DNA of 64,000 nt from Hemiscyllium ocellatum. Taxonomy: Eukaryota. Under the pieces are notes generated by a model. That model was not told the DNA's origin. It made no database searches and was given only the letters and a program-made list of their open reading frames with translations. Positions 23,861 to 36,799 of this stretch are shown in pieces; positions within the stretch are counted from its first letter, which is position 1; each line of letters starts with the position of its first letter. The position numbers and the translations under genes are program-made. The DNA lies in the NCBI RefSeq assembly GCF_020745735.1, contig NC_083409.1, forward strand, positions 10,576,978 through 10,640,977. The letters are read 5' to 3'.

Positions 23861-25129
23861 CGGAATTCTTTCCCAATAAATGGAGAAAAGAAGGAAGGCA
23901 GGAAGGGACACTGGGGAACACAATAATCTGATGGAAATTCCCTCACCCATCCCTTAGGCTCAACAAGATCCTAGGCCAAGAAATTCAACTCAATTGTTTG
24001 TGAGCCAGTGCCATTGGGAACCCTGCATTTATGAATATGACCAGCAGGCTCTTGTTACTCAGAATAACAATTCTACAGGGTTTGAGAAATACATATTCCA
24101 TAAATTAGACCTGGGTTTTCTTTCCTCTTCAAATGGGATGGAATTGCCCCGTGTGTCCATGGGGTCAGATTGAGAATGTTCAATCCGGGGGCATCTGGGA
24201 GTCACGGCTGGGGAGGACCATCAATGATAAACCTTCTGCTGTCATATTCTGTAGCCCCTGGGCCATCTCAGTGAGGATCACCCAGGGCTCAGGGTGGATT
24301 CCAGAGCAGCTCATTGTCCTGACTGTTGTGTTCCTCAGTCCACACGTGGCTCCAGCAATCTCACTCCATGGTTTTAGTATCAGTGGGAACCATGGGGCTG
24401 AAATCTTATCCAAACAGAATCTCACACAGCGGGGAGGCTGCTGGGGGCTCAGAAACCCCTTGGATTCAGTCCCAGATTCCACTGTGGCTCTTTCATCAAA
24501 CACAGCATTAGCACACTGACACCACATTCAGAGGGCAATCCTGAGATGGGGCAAGTTTGGTTCTTGACTCCAATGTGAGGAAATGGGGGCTGGGTGTGAA
24601 ATGTCTAGTCTGAAACTGGTGGGGGTACTTTATAATGAAGAATAGAAACTGATGTCAGAATAAAGTCAGGTGTTGATGGGAGTGAGGAATATCTCAGTGA
24701 TCTGTCTCCAGAATCCACAGACTACACACATCCTTCTGTCAGACAGAGAATCTGCTCCTTGACATCCTATATTTCTCTATCCTTCCCAGAAAAGGTGAAA
24801 TATTCTCAGCCTCTCTGGTACAGGACATTTTAAAAAGGGCTGTGGGAAGGGAACTGTTGACTCTCAATGACAAAGCCAATGGATGGATGTGGAGCTGGCA
24901 CTGTGAAATGTTAGGGCACAGAGGATGACACCAGAAGCAATTCAATGTTGTCACTCTCTCCTTTGTAATTGCCAAACTGGTAATAATTGGTTTTCCCTCA
25001 CAACTTGCTCTCTTGTATTCGATCCACTTGCCTTTCTTGCTTTGCTTCTTTTGACTTCATTCTGTGCGTAGTTCCATCAAAGCCCAATCTCCTCACACTC
25101 ATCCTGAGCCCTGAAGAGATTAGAGACAA

Positions 25130-25530
25130 AAAAAACTGCAAATGCTGGAATCCAAGGTTGACAAGCAGGAGGCTGGGAGAACACAGCAAGTCAGGCAGCA
25201 TCAGGAGGTGGAGATGTCGATGTTTTGGGTGTAACTCTTCTTCAGGAAGTGGGATGGGTGGGTTTGGGGGAGCTGCAGTTAAAGGGAGTGGCGGGGCAGG
25301 GTGGTTAGATGGGGATAGGTGGAGACAGGTAGAGGATAGGACCTGGTTGGTCGAGGGGAGGGATGATTCTGGATTCATCTCTCCCATCGACCAATCAGGT
25401 CATACTCTCTATTTTTCTCAAACTATCCCCACCTCACCATCTTGCTCCAACCCACCCCTTTATCTGCAACTCCCCTCACACCTATCCCACCTTCCTGAAG
25501 AAGAGTTACACCTGAAATGTCAGCCCCTGA
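25130..25530. mobile_element. Inverted pair of Penelope pLTR fragments
   Basis: CCTGAAGAAGAGTTACACC occurs on - (about 25227-25245) and on + (about 25494-25512), with flanking C-rich/G-rich homology. Confidence 0.6.
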
Positions 25531-26329
25531 AGAGATTAGACGAGGTTATTTCACTGAATCAAATCATCGAGCCCATCAATCCTGAGAACAGATTCCAGCA
25601 TTGAAGTCATATTTCCTGTTTGCAAATGTAAAGTCTCTCTCAGGCTGAAAGAAGGAAGCTTTTGATTGAGAAATGGGTGAGCTTAACCCATATCCTGAAC
25701 AACAGGACAACAGAATGGAGTGATATAAATCAGAAATAGTATAAATACAGGGCAGCCTATATACAGCAGCTCGCACTGAGTGCAGCCAGCACAGAGGGGA
25801 ATGCTGGGAAGTTTGGTCAGTGTGGTAGTTTGTTGAACTCAGAGAAGGAGCCTACCTTTGCTTTTCCAACCTGATTTGGAACTGTCACTTCAGCTGATGG
25901 GAGCCTGCACACGCACTTGGTTTGAATGAAACAAAATGATAAACAAGAAAATAGGAATCTGAGATTTGTTTAGTTTGAGGGACTGTCTAAATAGACTGCT
26001 TCAGGACATGTCCATTAGGGAAGTTTAATAAATGGAAAGTACTGAAACTTCAAAACAGACTGAAGACAATTACTGCTCTAATGAAGGAATGGATATTTTT
26101 CATTTGTAAGTGAGATCAACATTTCTTTATTGCATTGAAATGATTCAGGGTAAATACATCTGCAGTGAATGTATAAAACTACAGGAGCTCCCACTCAGGG
26201 AGTTTGGAATGAAGGCTAAATTGAAAAAGCAGTGATACATCAGGGAGTGCCGGAGAGACCTGGAGGATTAGTTCCAGAAGGAAGTTATAGGCCTCAAGAC
26301 TAAACAGTTCAATTCCTCGTGTAGTCAGG

Positions 26330-26570
26330 GGCAGGAGGGTATGACACATGAGGGAAGCAGATAGGGGGTTGGAGAATACAGTGGGACAGGAAAACCCCTC
26401 ACTCTTCTAAACCCCACTGAGAACAAGGCCAGCCTTTCCAATCCTTCCTCATCACACAGCCCACTCATACCAGGGATCAATCTGGTAAAACTCCTCTGAA
26501 CCACCTCCAATGCATTTATATTCTAGCCTCAATAAGCAGACCAAAACTACACACAATACAGTATTTGAGA
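26330..26570 (-). mobile_element. CR1 3' fragment
   Basis: RSFTRLIPGMSGL..EERLERLALFS. Confidence 0.7.
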
Positions 26571-28489
26571 TGTGATCACACCAATGTCCAGGAATAACTG
26601 AAACATCACAGTCTCACTTTCTGGTCCCAAATCACACCTCCTCTTACCTTTACCAGCCTTTTTACTGTCCATCTCTACTTGTCCTGTGCTGTAGGTAGAC
26701 CCACAATGTCCTGAGGAAGGGAATTCCAGAATTCTGACCCAGTGATGATATTTCCAAGTTAAACTGGTGAATAGCTTAGAGGGAACTTGCTGGGGTGATG
26801 TTCCCATTGTATCTTCTGCTCCTGTCCATCTTGATTCAAGTAATCATGGGTTTAGAAGGTGTTGCCTCAGGACTTTTGATGAATTTATTGCCGTGCATCT
26901 TGTAAATAGAACACACAGATGTTACTGAGTGTTGGTGTGGAGGGAATGGATGTGTGTGGAAATGGTGCCAATCAAGCGGGCTAAAATTTGATCAACAAAA
27001 TTTAAATAAAATAAATAAAACAACTTAAAATGGAATAAAATAAAATGGTGCTGCTTTTTTGATAAAACATCACTGAACCTCAAAAAGGTAATTCCTCCTC
27101 TCCCCACAGAGGCTGCACCTGTTCCGTTTTTCCAACATCGCGCTTCTATTTGAGATTTGCAGTATATTGTTTTTGTATTTGTGTTGATGCCATTGGTTAT
27201 AAGAGAAGTATTGGTCAGCACACTGGGGGGGGGGGAATTTTGTCTGAGATGATCAGAAAACCCTTACATTCACATTGACCTGAGAGGGCAGTGGTTTAAC
27301 CGATCATCTTTGCCTTTGCCAGCCTCAGGATAGTGCTCCAGTGTCTGGAGTGGGGCATGAAAACCTGCAGGTTCAGGTGACCGTGTTACTGAGGCTGTTT
27401 ATTCTTTCCTGGGATGTGGGTGTCACTGGATTTGTTCTCCATCCCTAACTGCCCTGAAACTGAGTGGCTTGCTCGGCCTTTCAAATGGCAGGTAAGGGTC
27501 AGCCACATTGCTGGAGTCCTGGCAGAGTCAGACATCTACAACAGGTCTACAAGAACAAGGCCCTTCAGTCCAATGAGCCAAAGCCCCAGTCAAAACAACC
27601 ACCTCACCATTCTAATTCCATGTTCCAGCATTCGGCCTGTAGCCCTGTATACCTTGGCATCACAGTTTCACATCGAAATACGTCAATGTTATGGGAGAGT
27701 TTCTGCCCCAACCACCCTTACAGGGAGTGAGCCCCAGACTGTCACCACCCTCCGGGTCAAAATGTGTTTCCTTATGTTCCCTCTTAACATTTGGCCATTT
27801 ATCTTTAATCTGTGCCTCTCCGGTCATTGATTATAATATAACCCCATGTCACCAAGTCTCCCTTATTGACACATGAACTGTAATGCCTCAGAGAGAGTCG
27901 GGCACCGGAGGCTTAGGGTTTCTGACACTCAGCCTGTTTATGTCAGTGAGGATTCTCCCTGTTATATCCTGGTAACGATTTGAGTTTTCCGTGTGAAACC
28001 CAGTTGGAAATTTTAATAGCACTGAATTTTCCACACATTCCCACCTCTCTTGATGCTCACCTTTGTCTGGTTAATTCTTCCCATTTCCTTCTCCTCTCTG
28101 AGTTAATTCCATTTTAGTAAAATCTGTGATAATTCCATGGAGGATGTGCACGAGAAACTGCCACAGAGAATCTCCCAGCCCTTCAAGATTTGCAACAAGC
28201 CTGGACTGTGCCCTTGTGTACCTTGCCTGAAGGACTCCATGTGATCTGTCAGCCTCCATCCCAGCCTGATAACCATCTCGGACATTGGAAGGATATGCCC
28301 AAGGAGCAGGTTAACATGGTGCAAAAAGCCTTTCAGCTGAAGCTTCAGTGTTTACGCTCAGTGTGCATTATCACTTGCTAATTGCTCTCCTTTTACATGA
28401 TAATGAGGAAAGAACTCTTGTTGGTGCAGTTTTTTTTTAATCATCTCAGAATATTCAAAGCTGTGAGCATAGAGCAGTCACATTCACGG

Positions 28490-28800
28490 ACAAGATGGTG
28501 AGGTCCCACAGACAGTAAACGAATGACAAAACAAATCTGTTTTGTTGGCACTAGTTGAATATTGAGCAGGACTCCCGAGTGAATTTCTTCAGAATCGGAT
28601 CTTGTCGAGCCCCCTGAGGTGGGGGTGGGGGTGGTCGGGGTGTGGTGGTGGTGGAGCCTCAAATGATGGTGCCAGAGACTGTGCAACTTTCAGTAGTGCA
28701 CCACAGTCTCGGCCTGGATTCTGTTCTCTCATTTCTGAGGTGGCTTTCAATCCGATGACCATTTTGACGATGAGGCAGGAACATTGTCCATGGAGCCACG
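28490..28800 (-). mobile_element. Deu-domain/SacSINE-like SINE remnant
   Basis: Similarity to the Deu core and tRNA head in reverse orientation. Confidence 0.45.
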
Positions 28801-29266
28801 GTCAGTAACAATGTAAACTGTGTGGCTCTGAAAGCCTGAGTTTGCATCTCAGCTTGGAAGGATATCAGCTCATTCATCAAATCTGTTTCTGCCCCTCTGC
28901 AGGCTGACCAGGCTGCCGGTGCCTTTCCAACACTCCCACGTTTCCTCTTGTGCCACAGCTCATTCTCCTGAGGGATAGTTGTGCTCGGAGTCGAAAAGTG
29001 TGGTGCTGAAAAAGCACAGCAGGTCAGGCAGTTGTGCTCAGGCCGAGGACATGGCCTTGTCCCTCTGTCAGATCCTCTTCGAGACACTCATGGCTCACTA
29101 CCGCCCTCTGCAGGACAGTGAGGAAGGGCAACAAGGAAGGATAGAGATGGAGACGTGGAGCTTCAAATACTGATCTTTGCACTTTGGGGGCATGCTTTGA
29201 TGGCTGTTTGTTAGATCTCTGCGTATGATTTTTTTTGCTGATCCCACTGCTAATCCGAAGGACACT

Positions 29267-29324
29267 CCACCTTGCAGTCTGACAAACCAGATTCACCACC
29301 TTGCAGTCTGACAAACCAGGTTCA
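29267..29324. repeat. 29-bp tandem duplication (one mismatch)
   Basis: CCACCTTGCAGTCTGACAAACCAG(A/G)TTCA x2. Confidence 0.9.
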
Positions 29325-30499
29325 CCCATTTCAAGGCTCTGTTTCTGGGTAAGGCTCCAGTCTTTCAAAGAGATGAAATCAAGCCTCTCCAGTTTGATCA
29401 TTTGAATTATATGCCATTTATTTTGATTTCTCCTGGTATGGGGTGGGCGTTGACGTGTCGGTTATTTGTTGCCCTTCCCAAATTGTCCTGGAGATGGCGA
29501 TGGTGAACCATGTAATATCTGGGAAGCAACTGACAGGTCATTCCCACTGGAATCCACTGGAATGACTGCGGGTGTGTTCACGGGCTAATGGAAGGAGTCA
29601 TTACCCATACTCCTCAGCTGCATTGCAAGTACTCTATAGTTACTGGAAGGCAGCTGGATCACTGTGCCCGCACAATACAAAGTCAGAAGGCACACAACAA
29701 CAGGCTCTAGCTTAACAGGTTCATTTGAAATCACAAGTTTTCGAAGCACTGCTCCTTCGTCAGGTGTTCCCCAGTCCACCATCGGTACCCCCACATTACT
29801 GAACATTACAAATAACTGGGGCTCTGCGAGGATCCAACTGGCTCAATCTTAGAGAGTACAGCTCTCGAATCAGGATGCCACAATGAAAATGCCCTGCATG
29901 CTGTGATATATCAAAAAGAAATACATTGATGTGACTTTAGATTGTCTTCAGATTGTGCTTTTTTTTCATTCTGTGATACACGTAGATTCCTGAATAATGG
30001 CTCATGCCCGAAACATCGATTCTCCTGCTCCTTGGATGCTGCCTGACCTGCTGCACTTTTCCAGCAACACATTTTCAGCTCTGATCTCCAGCATCTGCAG
30101 TCTTCACTTTCTCCCCCTACACGTAGACTATGTCAGTATTGGGTATCACAAAGTATGTTTCCTCCATTAAACACTTTCCAACACACCCTCTCTATCTTGC
30201 TTTACTCCTTATTGACTCTTCTACAATTGCCCCTGTTCCCTCACTCCGTCCCAGTCCCTGAGGGATTGATGGCCGGAGTTCATGCCCCCGCACTGTGTGA
30301 AGGTTGGTGTGAAGTGAGGCCAGTGTGTTGGAGCTTGGGCTCCTGCCTCAGGCCCAGGTGTAGGGGCCTGTTCAACAATCTGCACATTGTCCTTTTCCTC
30401 TTTCTGAATGAACTGGATCAAGTTGCAGTAACGAGCTGGCGACAAGGTGTCTTGTCAAAAATGTTCCCAGCATTGGACACAGAACTAGATTAGTCACAG

Positions 30500-31937
30500 G
30501 AGTCAAAGGGTAGCAATGGAAGAACGGTTTTCAGAATGGTGGGCTGTGACTAGTGATATTCCACGGGGATCAGCGGTGGGAACTCTCCTGTTCATGATCT
30601 CCATAAATGATTTGGAGCAAAGCGTAGCTGGTCTAATTAGTAAGTTTATGGTTGATACAAATATTGGTAGAGTTGCAGATAATGAGAAGGATTGTCAGAG
30701 GATACAGCAGGATATTAGATCAGTTGGATGCATGAACAGAAAAATGGCAAATGTAGTTTAATCCAGACAAATGTGAGATGATGCATTTTGAAAGGTGATG
30801 TACAGGTGGGAATTATACAGTGAATGGCAGAATCCTTTGGGGTATTGATATGCAGAGGGATCTGGGTGTATATGTTCACAGATCACTGAAGGTGGCAGCA
30901 CAGGGAGGTAAGGCAGTAAAAAAGGCTGATGACCTGCTTGCCTTCATTGGAAGGGGCATTGAGTATAAGGATAGACAAGTTATGCTGCAGCTTTATTGAA
31001 CATTAGTTTGGCCACACTTGGAATATTGCATACAGTTCTGGTCACCACACCACCAGAAGGATGTGGATGTTTTGAAGACGATGCAGAAAATGTTCATCAG
31101 GATATTGTCTGGTATGGCGGATAGTAGTCCTGAAGAAAGGTTGGATAGACTGGGTTTGCTTTCACTGGAATGCGGAAAAATGAGGCGTGTCCTCTGCTGT
31201 TTGTAATTTTTATTCATGATTTGGAAGAGGGAGTTGAAGGGTGGGTCAGTAAATTTGCAGATGATACAAAGATTGATTAGATTAGATTACTTACAGTGTG
31301 GAAACAGGCCCTTCAGCCCAACAAGTCCACACCGACCCGCCGAAGCGCAACCCACCCATACCCCTAACCTAACACTATGGGCAATTTAGCATGGCCAATT
31401 CACCTGACCCGCACATCTTTGGACTGTGGGAGGAAACCGGAGCACCCGGAGGAAACCCACGCAGACACGGGGAGAACGTGCAAACTCCACACAGTCAGTC
31501 ACCTGAGGCGGGAATCGAACCCAGGTCCCTGGCGCTGTGAGTCAACAGTGCTAACCACTGTGCCACCGTGCTGCCTCGGAGTTGTGGAGTTGTGGATAGT
31601 GAGGAGGGCTGTTGTCAGCTGCAAAGGGACTTAGATATGATGCAGAGCTGGGCTGAGGAGTGGCAGATGGAATTCAACCCTGTCAAGGGTGAGGTTGTCC
31701 ATTTGGGAAGGACAAATAAGAATGCGGAATACAGGGTTAACAATAGGGTTCTTAGTAAGGTAGAGGAGCAGAGGGATCTTGGGGTCTATGTTCATAGCTC
31801 TTTGAAGGTTGCCACTCAGGTGGATGGAGCTTGTAAGAAGGCTTATGTTGTATTCGCATTCATTAGCAGAGGGATTGAATTCAAGAGTCGTGAGGTGATG
31901 TTGCAGCTGTACAGGACCTTGGTAAGGCACATTTGGA
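30500..31937 (+). mobile_element. CR1 RT fragments interrupted by an HE1 SINE and followed by a Penelope insertion
   Basis: SKF(A)DDTK.GG, QSWAEEWQMEFNP, LQLYRTLVR. Confidence 0.8.
31272..31575 (-). mobile_element. Young HE1 V-SINE inserted in the CR1
   Basis: Nearly identical to 23523-23860; splits the CR1 motif GATGATACAAAGATT|GG..GAGTTGTGGATAGT. Confidence 0.88.
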
Positions 31938-31957
31938 GCCTTACCAAGGAGGAAAAG

Positions 31958-33440
31958 GCCCAGCTATGCCTGCCTCTTCGTAGGATATGTGGAACAGTCC
32001 ATCTTCCGCAACTACACTGGCACCACCCCCCACCTTTTCCTCCGCTACATCGATGACTGTATCGGCGCTGCCTCATGCTCCCACGAGGAGGTTGAACAGT
32101 TCATCAACTTTACTAACACCTTCCATCCCGACCTGAAATTCACCTGGACTGTCTCAGACTCCTCCCTCCCCTTCCTAGACCTTTCCATTTCTATCTCGGG
32201 CGACCGACTCAACACAGACATCTATTATAAACCGACTGACTCCCACAGCTACCTGGACTACACCTCCTCCCACCCTGCCCCCTGTAAAAACGCCATCCCA
32301 TATTCCCAATTCCTTCGTCTCCGCCGCATCTGCTCCCAGGAGGACCAATTCCAACACCGCACAGCCCAGATGGCCTCCTTCTTCAAGGACCGCAGATTCC
32401 CCCCAGACGTGATCGACGATGCCCTCCACCGCATCTCCTCCACTTCCCGCTCCTCTGCCCTTGAGCCCCGCTCCTCCAACCGCCACCAAGACAGAACCCC
32501 ACTGGTTCTCACCTACCACCCCACCAACCTGCGCATACAACGTATTATCCGCCGCCATTTCCGCCACCTCCAAACGGACCCCACCACCAAGGATATATTT
32601 CCCTCCCCTCCCCTATCAGCGTTCCGCAAGGACCACTCCCTTCGTGACTCCCTTGTCAGATCCACACCCCCCACCAACCCAACCTCCACCCCCGGCACCT
32701 TCCCCTGCAACCGCAGGAAATGTAAAACTTGCGCCCACACCTCCACACTCACTTCCCTCCAAGGCCCCAAGGGATCCTTCCATATCCGCCACAAGTTCAC
32801 CTGTACCTCCACACACATCATCTATTGCATCCGCTGCACCCGATGTGGCCTCCTCTATATTGGTGAGACAGGCCGCTTACTTGCGGAACGCTTCAGAGAA
32901 CACCTCTGGGCCGCCCGAACCAACCAACCCAATCACCCCGTGGCTCAACACTTTAACTCCCCTCCCACTCCACCGAGGACATGCAGGTCCTTGGACTCCT
33001 CCACCGGCAGAACACAACTACACGACGGCTGGAGGAGGAGCGCCTCATCTTCCGCCTGGGAACCCTCCAGCCACAAGGTATGAATTCAGATTTCTGCAGC
33101 TTCCTCATTTCCCCTCCCCCACCTTGTCTCAGTCGGTTCCCTCAACTCAGCACCGCCCTCCTAACCTGCAATCCTCTTCCTGACCTCTCCGCCCCCACCC
33201 CACTCCGGCCTATCACCCTCACCTTGACCTCCTTCCACCTATCCCACCTCCATCGCCCCTCCCCCTAGTCCCTCCTCCCTACCTTTTATCTCAGCCTGCT
33301 TGGCTACTCTCTCTCTTATTCCTGATGAAGGGCTTATGCTCGAAACGTCGAATTCTCTATTCCTGAGATGCTGCCTGGCCTGCTGTGCTTTGACCAGCAA
33401 CACATTTGCAGCTGTGATCTCCAGCATCTGCAGACCTCAT
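31958..33440 (+). mobile_element. Penelope-like element, 5'-truncated within RT; RT (YIDD) plus Cys-rich linker plus GIY-YIG endonuclease, one frameshift near 32960, then pLTR
   Basis: ORF 31989-33083 (LRYIDDC, PFLD, YKPTDSHSYL, CNRRKCKTC, IIYCIRC..YIGET); the true C-terminus continues in the 32981-33268 frame. Confidence 0.92.
33318..33354 (+). ncRNA. Minimal type I hammerhead ribozyme motif in the PLE pLTR
   Basis: ATTC-CTGATGA-A-GGGC ttat GCTC-GAAAC-GTC-GAAT: complete core, 4-bp stems I and II, stem III replaced by the ACGT palindrome, GUC cleavage triplet. Confidence 0.75.
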
Positions 33441-35032
33441 TTTTTACCCTCACTCGTGATAATACAGTTTTCAATGTTTCTCTCCCCTTACGTGTTATGA
33501 AGAGGTTTGCAAACGTGTTATGATGAGGACAGTGCATCTTCAACACCGTATGATAGAGTGGGTGGCTGTTTGAATTCTTGTTTGTGATAATAGAGTTTTA
33601 AATGTGTCAATGTTACTTTCCCCACACTCTGAGGGGAGTCGCTGTCACTATCCCTACCCCACCCTTCACTCTCGGGGTGATACCATTTTTAGCATCCTTT
33701 CTGTCTGAGAATGTCCCTGTTCTTGTCCCCCTCTCTCAGGGATGGGGTGGGTGTTTCACATGCACCTGGTTTGTTAGTTCCATTCACTCTCTTGTGAAAT
33801 GGATAATTCCTGTTTTACTCCGGTATCAGTGAGTTAAAGCCCGGCACAGTCCACCCTTCATCTCCATCATATCTCAGGGCCTAAGGTTGGTCAGTCCTGT
33901 CTGGCTCCAGAACAATCCCACCACTTCCTGCAGTTTTCCTTCTTTCCTATCTTTACTGAACACCTTGTATCCAGGAATCCCTAGTCCCGCCCGATCTCTG
34001 TTAGAGCCACAGCATCTGATTTCCACTTGGCAATCTGTGTCTGTAACTCCCCAAAACTGTATTATTGACCCATTTCAGTCTGTTTCCCATCAGTCAGGGT
34101 CTTTCATTGGCAAAGGTTGCATTTAACGAATCTCAATGATTGTGGAGACCTGGTGAAGTTGGGAAAAATCAGAAGGAACAGTTGCACTATTTGCAACAAC
34201 CGGTACCCGGGACTCCAGGGGGCCCGTTGTGCTCGGGTCTGGGACTGGGGAGCAAGAGCATGGCCTGTAATCTCTGGTCTCTGTCCCTGATTGGTGGGTC
34301 CTCTCTGATGGAGACCATTTTCAAATCCATTGTCAAGATCGCCACCTGCTGACCTAGAGAAGCAAGAACATGCAGTGCTTGTGGGAATAATCTGAATGTG
34401 ATCAGAGGACATGGTCAAAAATCATACGACACCAGGTTATAATCCAATTGGTTTATTATAAGACACAAGCTTCGCCCCTTATTCAGGTGCTCAGGGGAGC
34501 AAACAAGGAGAATTTAATCAACAGAGAAAACAAACTCTGCTGTTCATTTCCTTCTCGGTTGACTCCGTTCTCCTAAATGACATGAACAAGAGACAAGGCA
34601 AGAATAAAGAATATAAGGACACCACCAGTGACGGCCTGAAATTCATAAGAAACCTCACCCAGCACTTCGATGTAAAGTAAGAGTATGTGAACAATACTTA
34701 GTGACAATATTTTCCTGCTTTTTCAGTTTTTAGCATCGATTCAAAGCAGAAAGAGTCTTTCTTTCTCCTTCCCTCCTTGAAACTCTAACTGAGATGATCA
34801 AACCCAGCCCAGTTCATGTGACGGGCTGAGGAATTGTCTAATGATTGAGAGAGGGGACTGGGTCAGGATTCCCTAGAATTCAGAAGGCTGGGATGAGATG
34901 TCACTGAAACATTTAAAATTCTCCAGGGCCCTGACAGGGTAGATTTTGAAAGGGTGAACCCTTACCTGGGGATTCTAAAGCAGAGTCCCAGTCTGGGAAT
35001 AAGGGGTTAGACATTTTGATCAGAGATGAGGA

Positions 35033-35315
35033 ATGGGTGGCACAGTGGCTGGCATCACTGCCTCACAGCGCCAGGGTCCTGGGTTTGATTCCACCTTCAG
35101 GCAACTGTCTGTGTTGAATTTGTATGTTCTCCCTGAGTCTGAATGGGTTTCCTCCGGGTGCCTCAGTTTCTTCTCTCAGTCCAGAGATGTGCAGGTTAGC
35201 TGGATTGGCCATCGAAGTGTAGGGTTAGGAGAGAGGGCTGGTTCTGGGTGAAATGCTGCTTGTACTTGATGGGCTGAATGGCCTTCTTCCATACCGTAGG
35301 GATTCTATGATTCTG
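35033..35315 (+). mobile_element. HE1 V-SINE
   Basis: Head, V-core and tail. Confidence 0.75.
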
Positions 35316-35479
35316 TGTTGCTGTGGGTCTGGAGTCATATGTCAGTCAGGATGGGCAAGGACAGCAATCTGATGGATATTAGTGGGCCCGATGGGGTTCT
35401 CCCCCAACAATGGTCGTCATTAGACTCTTAACTCCAGAGTCTTTTTGGATTTAAAATTCCACTCCATACATTGCCAGGA

Positions 35480-35790
35480 TTTAGATTAGATCCCCTGCAG
35501 TATGTAAACAGGCCCTTCCATTGAACAAGTCCACACCGACCCTCCGAAGAGTAACCCACCCACACTCATTCCCCATATTTACCCCTGACTATGGGCAATT
35601 TAGCGTGACCAATTCACCTAACCTGCACATCTTTGGACTGTGGGAGGAGACCGGAACACCAGGAGGAAACCCATGCAGACACAGGGAGAATGTGCAAACT
35701 CCATAAAAGGCAGTCACCTGAGGCTAAAGTCGAACCTGGGATTCTGGTGCTGTGAGGCAGCAGTGCTAACCACTGTACCACCGTGCTGCC
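35480..35790 (-). mobile_element. HE1 V-SINE
   Basis: Head, V-core and tail on the minus strand. Confidence 0.78.
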
Positions 35791-35854
35791 CCACGGTGAT
35801 CCCAGATCCCTCAGAACATTACTTGGCTCTTGTGATTAAGAATCTAGTTCAAAG

Positions 35855-36720
35855 TTTGTGAGAAGATTTGTAGCTCGGGTGCTCGTTGTTGTGGTTCTGT
35901 TCGCCGAGCTGGGAGTTTTTGTTGCAAACGTTTCGTCCCCTTTCTAGGCAACATCTTCAGTGCTTGGGAGCCTCCTGTGAAGCGCTTCTGTGCTGATTCC
36001 TCCGGCATTTATACTGGTTTGAATCTGCCGCTTCCGGTTGTCAGTTGCTGTTCGCTGCAGTGGCCGGTATATAGGGTTTAGGTCGATGTGTCTGTTGATA
36101 GAATTTATGGATGAGTGCCATGCCTCTAGGAATTCCCTGGCTGTTCTCTGTTTGGCCTGCCCTATAATAGTGGTGTTGTCCCAATCAAATTCATGTTGTT
36201 TGTCATCTGAGTGTATGGCTACTAGGGATAGCTGGTCGTGTCGTTCCGTGGCTAGTTGGTGTTCATGAATGCGGGTTGTTAGCTGTCTTCTTGTTTGTCC
36301 TTTGTAGTGTTTTGTGCAGTCCTTGCATGGGATTTTGTACACTACGTTGGTTTTGCTCATGCTGGGTATCGGGTCCTTTGTCCTGGTGAGTGTTGTCTGA
36401 GAGTGGCTGTTCGTTTGTGTGCTCTTTTGAGTCCTAGTGGTCGCAGCAGTCTGATTGTCAGTTCAGAAATGCTCCTGATGTATGGGAGTGTGGCCAGTCC
36501 TTTGGGTTGTGGCATGTCCTCATTTCATTGTCTTTCCCTTAGGCATCTGTTGATGAAATTGCGCAGGTATCTGATTTTGGTGAATACCTTGTATGGGTGT
36601 TCTTCTTCCTCTTTTTGTAGTTCTGGTGTGCTGCAGTGTGTTGTGGCCCTTTTGTATAATGTCCTGATGCAACTTCGTTTGTGTGTGTTGGGGTGGTTGC
36701 TTTCATAGTTCCTGTACTAT
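35855..36720 (-). mobile_element. Second-family Penelope-like element (Poseidon-like), 3' part with GIY-YIG domain
   Basis: NVVYKIPCKDC..HYKGQT.R.L..RIHEH, FDWDN..II, REFLEAWHS; upstream frames give RSCIRTLYKRA and TLPYIRSISE. Confidence 0.85.
35923..35963 (-). ncRNA. Hammerhead ribozyme motif overlapping the PLE stop codon
   Basis: Minus strand GCA-CTGAAGA-T-GTT...GAC-GAAAC-GTT-TGC: core, stem I GCA/TGC, ACGT palindrome, GUU triplet. Confidence 0.6.
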
Positions 36721-36799
36721 GAAAGCTGTGCCACCCCACTTGATTCTGGGCAATAAATGCTGACATAGCAAGTGACGCCCAATCCAGTAAATGAATTAA

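Noticed and set aside
24133-24527. Overlapping 128-aa and 115-aa ORFs
   Set aside because: No recognisable domain or exon signals; probably chance or unrecognised old repeat
28071-29401. Several 60-140 aa ORFs
   Set aside because: No family motif recognised; interrupted by SINE and pLTR fragments
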